A stretch of 64,000 nucleotides of DNA, taken from the NCBI GenBank assembly GCA_965644265.1, contig OZ286466.1:49228001-49292000 (forward strand). The letters run 5' to 3'. Positions 14,215 to 64,000 of this stretch are shown in pieces. Source of the DNA: Glycera tridactyla. Taxonomy: Eukaryota. The first letter of the stretch is position 1. Every line of letters begins with the position of its first letter. Under the pieces are notes generated by a model. The model had not been told where the DNA came from. It saw only the letters and a program-made list of their open reading frames with translations, and did not search any database. The translations under genes and the position numbers were made by a program.

Positions 14215-15190
14215 CTTTGCACTACATGACATCTACTGGGAACTGTTGAGAACAGAAGTTTCGATCATAGATGTCGCTCCAATAACGGTGGCTTCAATGA
14301 AAGTATGGCAGGCCAATTATTCCAATACATATCAAAATCCTTTCGTCTCGACTATCACGACCTCCACCATTGCCTCACAAGCAGGTATGTTGGCCATTTG
14401 TCACACTTCCCCAGGAAAAAATGCACCAAAGATGGTAATCATTCACCAAACCTTCTTTAGCCCCTTCACATGAAATGAGACTCAGACCAGCACCACAGGA
14501 ACCACCTTCTCATCATGAAGTATTCCTACCAGTCTAATGCAGAAGAATCTTCATGGTTTTCATACTTCGCGAAAAAGCCCCTTGGTAGCATTTCATTTAT
14601 GTACACTGTTCAGAGTGACATATTGTGGGGGCCGGGGGAAGTTACTCTTCACAGACCAAATTTCTATATTGCCCCACAATATGCTGTAAAGGACTTGATA
14701 TGTCATTTGTCAGTAAATCATGGACCGCATCAACCCATGGGACATTAGTTTGTGTCGGAAATACTTTCATCCTCCTTGGGTCATATCGGACTGAAAATAT
14801 TCAAGATGTACCGCTGCCATAATTTAGGCATTGTTTTTTGTTTTGTTGGGGGTTTAATGTCACGTCAGCTCCATCTGGGCTATATTGTGACGCCCATGCA
14901 ATGGGCATCGGTGGGATCATTCAAGACTTCCCCAACAGAAGGCGAAAATTTATGAAATTCACAGACACTCAAGGTGTCATTTCTATTATTAATAAAGACG
15001 GCCGACTTTAGTTACCCTTCGTTGGCTCGTTCTGGTTTAACGTCACATCAGCACCATCTGGTTTATATCGTGACGCCCATACAATGGGCATCATGGGAGG
15101 GATCTTCCCAAGACTCCTCCTTCTGGGTCCCCAGCGGAAGGTGAAAATATTTGAAATTCACAGACACTCAAGGTGTCATTTCTTCGTTAC
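12610..15190 (-). repeat. Cluster of about five same-orientation LINE/SINE 3'-tail repeats
   Basis: A recurring unit (plus strand) reads GTT-rich tail + TTTAA(C/T)GTCAC..CAGC...TATATTGTGACGCCC...TGAAATTCACAGAC(AC)TCAAGGTGTCATT. Copies lie at about 12610-12680 (tail only), 12890-13045, 13960-14135, 14830-14995 and 15010-15190. Confidence 0.75.
14140..14213. repeat. (GATA)n microsatellite
   Basis: Read directly; a second GATA/GACA tract lies at about 13915-13970. Confidence 0.95.
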
Positions 15191-15249
15191 CCCAGTCGGT
15201 GTGGACTGAGTTAGCAGGCATACAATTCATATTCATCTAAATACTACCA

Positions 15250-15930
15250 ATTAATGCAAATATTCAAATACGTGTATGTCTTCATGAAAAGTGGTGTCAT
15301 ATTTCGCGCATTGTAATACTTTTCTCTTATGTGTGATAATTTCCTACAATCCAACAATAAATGTCTGACTGTGATGGCATCCACATACCAAGCAATTAGA
15401 ATTCAATAGGTTTGAATTGGTGAGATATGCCTGTTCCATCCTCAAATGGGAGAGAACCATCTCCTCTCTTCTATTCATTGCTCTTGCAGGGAATTTCTCT
15501 TCAGATTTTGTTAGATGCAATATTTTATTTTTGTGTACCCTCTTCTACCAGTCGGTCAATATCGAATTTGTTGGGAGGTTTGACAGCATGCATCACAAAC
15601 CTTGAACATTATTCTTGGTTTGAAGGCTGAATAATGGATTTCCATTCTCAGTGATTGTCAGACCTTGAGCAGGTTTGGCGGCTTTATCAGCTGCCTCATT
15701 CCCATGAATTCCAATATGATTTGAAAACCAAGATTGTTTTCTGGATTCTGTATGCTGGATGCAATCTCCACTGCAGGCATCGCTTTCACAGACCCTCTCT
15801 CAACCGATGGATCAGGAATGATTGAACAGACAAAATTGGGGAGCACCGACAGAAAGGATGGTTGCTATTCAAGAGTATTTATCAACCCAGCTGATTATGT
15901 ATGCTGTGTGTATCTGGTCAATGAAAGCTA
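15250..15930 (-). mobile_element. Decayed I-group (Nimb/Loa-like) LINE, 3' part of ORF2 (RNase H and CCHC knuckle)
   Basis: The minus strand gives HIGIHGNEAADKAAK (about 15673-15718), NRREEMVLSHLRM..AYLT (about 15420-15480) and CLVCGC/ITVRHLLLDCRKLSHIREKYY (about 15310-15395), with stops and a frameshift. Confidence 0.85.
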
Positions 15931-16141
15931 GATGTTCTCTCTTCTGCAGACATCACTCTCACAAACCCCAAACACAAGGGGATGAGGAACCTGAAAGGTT
16001 GTCAAAGGAAGTAGCTGACAGTTCAGACACATGACCTAATCTACATAAATATATCAAACCTATTGATGGCATATCTGACTGCGCTTGGAAAATTCATGAG
16101 TATCGTGAAAAGAAAACAAGCCAGGGTTCCACCATAGATGA

Positions 16142-16147
16142 TTTATT
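16142..16147 (-). promoter_or_regulatory. Possible distal poly(A) signal (AATAAA on the minus strand) for clathrin
   Basis: TTTATT on the plus strand in an AT-rich, UTR-like context about 3.8 kb past the stop; inference only. Confidence 0.3.
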
Positions 16148-17263
16148 TGTTCTGCTGAACAATGTACTTCATACATTACAGACATACCATACATTACCTA
16201 CCAAGGGTATGTCCCAACAAATCTGGCCATCCTACTATCTTCTTCCCACCCAACTGCCCCATGCACCCATCCCACTCCACCCACCCCTTCCCACCCATAC
16301 CACTACATGTAGGGCTTGTCTAGGCCAATTCACACATATACAGATTCATTGTATACATTGGGTCTGTATCACTTTCTCTCTCGCTCTCTACGAAGTCAAC
16401 AAATTACTCAGCCTGTATATGTCATCTTCTCTTCTATGCAAACACAACTAGTTCTCTTCGTTAAAAGCATAAACCACATTTCTAGTCATGATGGCTGATC
16501 AATGAAGTTTAGAGCGCAAGGGAAATTCTTACTTCTAACAATCTAATGAATGGCTGATGAACTTATAACGGTAAAATGATAAATTATCTCACTGAAAATA
16601 AGAGAAATTGAAGTTGCTGCAGTATCTTATTTAGCTCATTGACGGAAATTGACATATTCAGGATGAGTAACTCACTGGCTCACAGTATATTTATACATAT
16701 CTAATGCAATTCAAAGTGGAAATAACAATTCATTTTGATATCAATATCCATAATTTGTTGGTATATTTATATATATATATAATATGATACAGCAGTGTGT
16801 GTGCCAGTGTACTGATGCGTGAAACTTTAGTGGGATGTAGTTGTGAGTGGTTTGTATCAGTGATGCAGCACAGCAGCTATGAGCACCCCATGAGCCGAAT
16901 ATTCAAATGATTGTACATACTATATCTGAGGACGTCTGAAACCATATTGGGATACCAAGACTTGACACCGGATAACACAGACAACAAGACATGTAACAAG
17001 TCAAACACCATCTGTTTCTTCGTCCCCGGAGCCAGACAAGCTAATTTCCATACTATGTGCCTATATACATTTTAAAAATTCCATGCATTAGCAGGAAGCT
17101 TTGTTCACTCTTCAAAACCTACCTAATGCACTCCCTTCAACAGTGCAATGTTGAACGGGGTGCAAACCACATCACGTTTGTTTTAAGCAACATGCCAAAT
17201 TAAAATACTGAACGAATTTCAAGCATTATTAGTTGTTGATTCAATGGAATGCAGCTGCTGCCG

Positions 17264-17266
17264 GTG

Positions 17267-17336
<70 letters not shown>

Positions 17337-17340
17337 TGTG
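17264..17340. repeat. (GT)n microsatellite
   Basis: Read directly. Confidence 0.95.
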
Positions 17341-19952
17341 AAGGCTTGAATGACATGGTATCCATCAGCTCCAGTGAACCAAAACAAGCCTTTGATAAAG
17401 AGTAGTGCCCCTTTACGATAAATAGAGCATATTTCAGTGTCTACATAGTTGTCCATGCTGTGGCTCAAGATCTATGCAAACGTGGCCGAGCAGCAAAGAC
17501 AACACCAATGCCAACAACATCCATGCTCCTGGCCTCATTAGCATAAATAACAGGAGCAGGAATGTCTAATTCATCTAGTGATTCCTGACGTGATATGTTA
17601 CAAGAAAATATATGTGTGCTAACTTGACTATCAGAAACATTCATGAAGAAATTATCCGAGAGTTGGGGATTTTGGCCGTCCGCCTGCATATTTTACACTC
17701 AGTGTAGTAATGGTTGGCACAGCAGGACCAAGACGACTGTCCACTTTATGCTTCAGTGAAACTTTGGATGAGGTTCTTGCAGCACTGAGATAATAGTGAC
17801 TAACAGTAGTGTGTGATACTAGGGTAATCTGACACACAGATTAACTAGAAAACTGCTCTTCAAGGAGACTAACATCTCAACCAATAAATATACACTTCTT
17901 TCAACAAAGTGAGAGGATGTCATTCTCAGGTACAAAACCTGATGATGTCCACTTCACAGACTTGCTTGAGAGCAAGGAAAAAACACTATTACATAGTTTG
18001 ACAGAAAAAACGGCTCAATCTTCAAGGCTCTTGTGTCCACTTGAGATATCGGATAACCCAATTATCGAGATGGATATCAACCATTTTATAGCTGGCCTTT
18101 CCCAGTAGAGAGTTTGAGTGGAAACAAAAGCTGGTATCACTTTGGAGGAAGTGGGGTGCTTCAATAACCTAACCAGCTTCTGCTAAGAATGAACAACGCT
18201 CCATTACAACCAGCTGAGGTCATTACCCATCTAAATCTACAACGGGGATCGAGGGTTACTTCCTACGGAATCATTCTGTTTCAATTTTAGTATGTCCATG
18301 ATGTTATATAACCAGTGTGAACACAAGAAACCAGACCTCTTCCATCACAACACACAATTAAATAGCCAATCGCACAAGCTTTACAAATGCTACTCGCACC
18401 CTACGTGCACAGGTTGGAATCCTGAGAAGTCCACCCTCTGTACATAGAGCATATAATTTACTCTCAACATGCACTTGAAAACTGTCACTATCATAATCTC
18501 CTCTCAAAGATAATATGGTTACTCTCTAGGGTGGGATTACCACGTGCTCATACGGACCCAGTATACATAGATAACTACCATTCATCTTCAGTGTAGTAGT
18601 ATCACTTCCATCAGAGGGCCTGACACCTATTTCTACTTGGATTATTTGTGCAGCAATATTCAACTATACCTCTTGTAATTTCATCCTGAAATGCTCTGGG
18701 GGGAAATCACTTAAATGACAATGCATCTAAATAGTACCATAATGAAATGGAACAGCCTCTCACTGTGATGTCACGCCACTGAAATCTGTCACTAGAGCAA
18801 AATTCTGGAGAATATATATTTATGTCTCTTTGATTCACTGATTAACCTGACTTTCAGGAACCTGTCAGGTGCAAAGCATGCATCAACTACAGTTGAGCAG
18901 CATCAGAAACATCCCAAAGTCTGTTGTACCAGTCTGACATTGGGCCAGCCAAATCAGCATTTGTCCAAGCTAAGTTGGCAACTTTCTATCCGATCAACAT
19001 GGTGACATCCTTAAAAGATAATGCCTAATATGTACCAACATACCAGCAGTGGATTATTTAACACAGATTGGAAATACCCTAATGTTCATTCAAAACAATC
19101 AAACCTATCATTTTTTTATCTTCATTATAATGAAGGTCACACATCTTTTTTGCAAGACACACTGTTACTGATCAGATGTGCTTCAGCTTATGATAACTGT
19201 GCGAGCATGGCCAAGTACACACCGAAGGGCTGATCAGTCTCAATTCCCGGACAATCACATTCTGGCCTTGAACTAGGAAGTGAGGAATGGGAGGTATACA
19301 TAAACCGGCTGGATATCTCCAGCAGAATTATCACATCTAAACAATCAGCGGTGGAAAAGGGTTCTCACCTCCCCAGAGGACTTGAACAGAACTGACATGA
19401 TTTAATGTATTTGTGCAGAGAAATTACATGAAAAATCACTGATGGTATGGACACATGTGAAATCTGGTATGCAATTCACAAACCAACAAAAGTGCTGATG
19501 CTATGAGAAATAATAAAATGTTGGCTATTATTGAGCACACAATTACTGTGTAAGAAAGGACAAGCCCCACTCTTGTAGATGTGCACGCCTGCACACCTCT
19601 AATACGAAAACATTGTGGTCCCGGAATGCATGGAGTCGGTCGGGAAAATGCCATCAGTGAACCGTGCATGTTCTCGTGACCGTGTCCCATCTGGTGATAG
19701 GGGGCGCTGTGGCTGCCTTCGTTTTTTGCGGCGGTACGTCCAGCGTGCCTCCATGCTCCAGCAACTCTCAATCAAAGGTTCCACAGGAAATGTTACAAAT
19801 ATACATGGAATCGATCGCGAGTGCCAACATATGCAGTACACCATGTGCTCGATGATGACGATCAATCATCCAACACATGTGGAACGGCAATGCAGCACAA
19901 GCGCACCTAGGTATTTGTACAATTAGCATGCAGTCGTTGATGAGGCAGCATA

Positions 19953-59700
<39,748 letters not shown>

Positions 59701-61179
59701 CTGTGTCAAGGAACAGACAAGAGGAAAAACACAAACATCAAAACGGGTTTGTCACCATCGGATACACATTGTGTCAGTCTAGATACATTTACTGAGTACG
59801 AACGCATGGCACGTAGCCGGAACTGTGATGGGACAAGCAGAAATGACCTTGAAATTCAAGATGGCCACTGTAATCAACATGTATCTTGTTTGGTCTACGG
59901 TGAACCTGTAAACAAAGTTGAGTAATTTCTTGCTTTTCCGTCCTGAGAACAACTGAAGATTGGCACAGAACCAATCTATACACCGATACCAAGTTAGGCA
60001 GATGATGCCAAATTAGCAATGTCCATCATGGGCAAGATAAGGGCAAACTGCAAAGCACCACACAACCAGAAAATTCTTAACATCCTTCTGGTCAAGGATT
60101 AATGGCCAAGGTATTTGTTGATCCTAGATCACTCATGCCAGTGCTACCCGGACAGTGAGGGGAAAGGACAAATTTCAGGAAATTCGAGACTATCAAGACA
60201 TCATTATCAACTGGTACCCTAATCAGAACACCCAAATCCCGCTCAAATTCTTGCTTATTACTAGACTTTCTTAGAATAACTTCTGTGTTTCGATTAAGCC
60301 AGTCAGTGATCATTAACTTTTTCCACATGTGATCACCAAAAAGTGTCATGGACTAAATTCCAGGTATTGTTGTTATTATCAGCCAAAAAAGAACAGCTAC
60401 AGGTTGTCACATCAGTTTTCGTCAAATAATTAGACGGATGATTGCCAAGCAACACAAGGAGCTTGTTTTTGTAAATAAATTCAAAGTCAAACTGCCCTTC
60501 CATTTCATTCACTCACTATATTTCTTTCAGCTCTCCGAAGTAGTGCTTAGCCATAAAAGGAGAGTTTATGCATATTTTATCAATGATGACCATGTGAAGT
60601 TATTTCTGTGAGGTGGTGGTGTTGGTGCTGGTAACAGCAGCAGCAGTGGCATAAATAATGGTGGTGCACTTGCCTATGATCACATACAAGTAAAGCCAGC
60701 AAGAACTCAGTACCAATACATAGCACAGGGTGTGGGTGAACAAAAATACATGTGCCATCTTGTGTACAAGGTGCAGACATGAACGATATCCACAGGTCCA
60801 GTGGGCAGGTATGCTCATATGTCAGCTCTACCTGCCCCTCCCCCTTCAAAATTCAGTCTGTCCACATTATACGTTCGTTGCATTTATCACCATTTTCCAC
60901 CAGTACATCAGGCAGGTAATTGGTAACCGGTCAGGTGGGGGTGCACTTCTTGTGCTGTGTGTATAGCCAGTGAAACATTGATACATTCTCAATCAATACA
61001 TTCATAATAATTCATATTTTGAATCTAAATAACTAATATTCGAGAAATGGACGGATGATTCAAAATTGCAACGTGTACCCTTAGTCTACAATAATTTGAA
61101 ACAACAAAAATCTCTCTTCTGGAAAGTATGTCAAAGCCAAAAAATTGGGAGTATGATGGACCCTGTGACCCCTGACAAT

Positions 61180-61320
61180 AGACCACCTCAGACTGAGGAC
61201 CACTTCTACAGGGCAGCTTTACTATTCGACAAAGTCAAATATACCTCTTGACGAGACCACCTATTTTGAGACCACTTTTTGGTGACATTTAGGGCAGTCT
61301 CTCGTCACAGGCTTCACTGT
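61180..61320. mobile_element. Partial pogo/Tigger-like MITE
   Basis: GACCACC units, an AGTCAAATATACCTC core, and a right end CAGGCTTCACTG|TA. Confidence 0.7.
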
Positions 61321-62888
61321 ATTCGAATCACATCACTCACAATTTTGGACATGAAGCAAGTGCCAAATATATCCAAAATGTAACCAGTTCTTGCGATGAC
61401 GGTCTCGATGAGTCTGGGCGAAGTTTTCAACATCAGAGTTTCAGGGTTGAAATGTTCACAAGATGTGAATCAAATAAGTATGAAACTAGTAATGGAAATG
61501 GGCTATTCCTCAAACCGAATAATACTCACCCCAAGGGGCGCACCCATATTGTACATGTTTGGCTAAATTTAGAGTGGATTTTTGAAAGTTGGTGCAAAGA
61601 GAGGCAGTGAGAAGGTCAGTAACAGCAACAACCGAAATGGATGTGCCTCGCCCGCTTCTCCCAAAAACAACTTGTGAAATCTCGATGAACACAGTGAGGC
61701 CGTGAAGGTTAGAAATCTTATCTACATGGCTCAAATATGTGACTTGTCTCATGTTATGTTATATCAAAGCTATCCCAAAGATGCCAACCTCCAATGGCGA
61801 ACAATATTAGCCGTAACAATGTCAGTATTTGCCATGGAATAAGTAGAAAAATCTTCATTTTGAAGAGTTGCATCACTCATAAAATGCAAGAAATCTGGCT
61901 TAAAAAGGGTAGACACTACTCCAAAACCGCAGTGATTGGCATCTAGGCTACCCCGCAGACCACAGGCAATGCATGACAAGCTCAATCAGTTCATGCTCAT
62001 ATTAGATGAGAATGATACCTCATTTTAGTGCAAACATTACTTTCTTAGAATTCATATGATTTGGATATGGAATTGAATCTCTGTGAGACTGGGTTACACC
62101 CATCACCTTTAGTGTGTTATGTCTATTTGGCATGAAGGAGATGGCATGTATCGATGTCTACATGCCACAATGCCCGTATTTTATGGTAATCAAAAGAATC
62201 TCCGGGAGAGAGTAACAAGTTATGTTGCATGCACCCTAATGACGGCATATCAGCCGACTTGCTGTCAGAGGAAAACCCATGATTTTGCGTGCACAAGTCA
62301 TGATTCAACCAGGTCTTGCAAATAACATGATGCCCCGGTTTCAAACTGATTCGACATGAGGATTTGCATCAGGTGATAGAGGACAAATGTGAAGAGAAGC
62401 CATCAATTTTATTTCTACCGTCATTCTTAATAATAACATGTGATAATCAAATCCGGATGGAGTGATCTCAACTATGAAATATGTGGTCCATGCTGTAAGA
62501 CTGATAATCATACATCATCACACCGAGGATTACTATGACAGGTACTGCCACAGTCAGTTACTGCAACTTCATCAACATTGAACACCTGTCTGTCATCAGC
62601 GACATGCAAATCCAAGAATGAGAAATTTCATCCATATCTAATCAGCTCCGGGTCTATGTACAGGTGTCAACGTGCTGGCATAAATTCTGGGCAATATCAA
62701 ATATCATGCTCGTGGATGAAAGTATGGAAGTATCCTCAAAGATGATCATCAGACATGCACTGAATCTGTGATATGTATCAATACTTGAAATCACATTGTT
62801 CTGATCACACAGACAGGATGAATTTCTTCACTGATGCCATTTTGGTTAGCACAGGCTGCAATTTTACAGACTGACGTCTGATAAGATG

Positions 62889-63468
62889 CAGGGCGCGAAG
62901 AGATAGCCTCCCGAACGTCCCGGGCGTGCCGAAATCGCTGTCGGGCAGGTGAATTTCAAAGTTACACGTCTTTTTCGGGCGGGCTTTTGCGCATTTCATC
63001 AACGGATAGCATCTAAAAGTCGCGAAAACGAATTGTAATTGTCAAATCCGTTTGCGAGTTTCGTCACTTTTGCCAGTTCCGAGTTCGATCGCCATCTTGT
63101 TTGCTTGAGATGAGGAAGAACCTACTGATATAAGTTGCGATCTCTGATTGGCCGAATCGAGAATCGCGGCGAAATCGACCAATCAGCGACCTGCTTTCAT
63201 GGGGCTCTCGTCGTGAGATGTCAACAATGTGCGCAGAAGACGATTTCCGAGTATCTGCGCAGGTTTCGGAACCACGAGGAAGCCGATCTTACAAATGAAT
63301 TTATCACGTTTGAGGTGTTTTCCATGACAATTAGACGTGTATATACGAGTGTTTCTTCGATTTCGGTGACACTTGTGTACGGACGGGTTGTTTTTAGGCG
63401 GGGGCGGGTGATATTTAACTTCACCCGCCCGTCGGGCGGGTGAATTTTTCCGATGTCTTCGCGCCCTG
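62889..63468. mobile_element. 580-bp CpG-rich hAT-like MITE with 5-bp TSD (AGATG)
   Basis: A perfect 13-bp TIR CAGGGCGCGAAGA is present at both ends. AGATG lies at 62884-62888 and 63469-63473. CGGGC(A/G)GGTGA subterminal motifs are repeated at both ends. Confidence 0.85.
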
Positions 63469-64000
63469 AGATGTCCAGTAGATAAAGGCAAGAAGTGATA
63501 TTGAGATGTCCATGCAATGGACACAAATGGGACTATTCCAGATATGCCCTTCTTCTCCTGGGTCCCTAACTAGTGCTGTAACGATTACCCGATCATATTG
63601 ATTATTGCATCGTCGAGAGGTCCGATTTGATTAATTGATCATGCAAGTGGACAATCGATCAAGTTCATTACCCCATACTAACGGCACAAAGTTATGATTT
63701 CATAGTAACTTTTCGGTAATTTGAAGTCAGCCAGGGGAGTCTGAACTCCAATTACTTGACTGATGATCAATCGCTACCGAGACTGATTCATTGATCATCA
63801 CTTTTGCAACTATCCCTAACACTGGGTGAAATGATTCTAGAATCAGACAGTGTCATTGCACCTAATAGACAACAATTTTGAGGTTGGCAGGTGTTGGTAG
63901 CTCCAACGTTGACATCAGTAAAGAAATTTACCCACGCTATTGATTTTAGGCAATCATAACTCAGGGCTAAATATTGACCTTTGTCTTCACCTGTCCCCTT

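Noticed and set aside
61510-61752. Exon-like minus-strand ORF with AG and GTGAGT flanks
   Set aside because: The translation has no clathrin or other recognisable similarity and does not fit the missing clathrin N-terminal exons.
62805-63526. CpG-rich region as the clathrin promoter or first exon
   Set aside because: No MAQILPIRFQEHLQ-like exon is present, and exons 2-3 are also missing from the window. The CpG block is bounded exactly by TIRs and a TSD.
63962-64000. Possible left end of another CAGGG-type MITE (CAGGGCTAAATATTGACC...)
   Set aside because: It is truncated by the window edge, so no partner TIR or TSD can be checked.

Overview
This is an intron-rich, CpG-depleted animal (probably invertebrate) genomic window. 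It holds two convergent host genes. The clathrin heavy chain gene (CLTC/Chc) lies on the minus strand, with 27 coding exons traced by hand from 59700 down to the stop at 19953 (about 1543 codons, all GT-AG and phase-consistent); the first ~134 codons lie beyond the window end. The terminal coding exon of an SBSPON/RPE-spondin-like gene lies on the plus strand at 7210-7498. The introns and intergenic DNA carry many transposons. The most notable is an apparently intact 2859-bp hAT element (718-aa transposase, 16-bp TIRs) with a 6-bp rather than 8-bp target-site duplication, inserted 40 nt from a clathrin splice acceptor. There is also a non-autonomous relative of it, two CAGGG-ended MITEs with 5-bp TSDs, a Harbinger-type element with a TTA TSD, a possible Kolobok-like element, many pogo/Tigger-like MITEs, and a decayed I-group LINE with a cluster of repeated 3' tails. 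A candidate 21-nt clathrin microexon sits at the position of the vertebrate 7-aa alternative exon. Family assignments come from motif recognition by eye; no database search was run.
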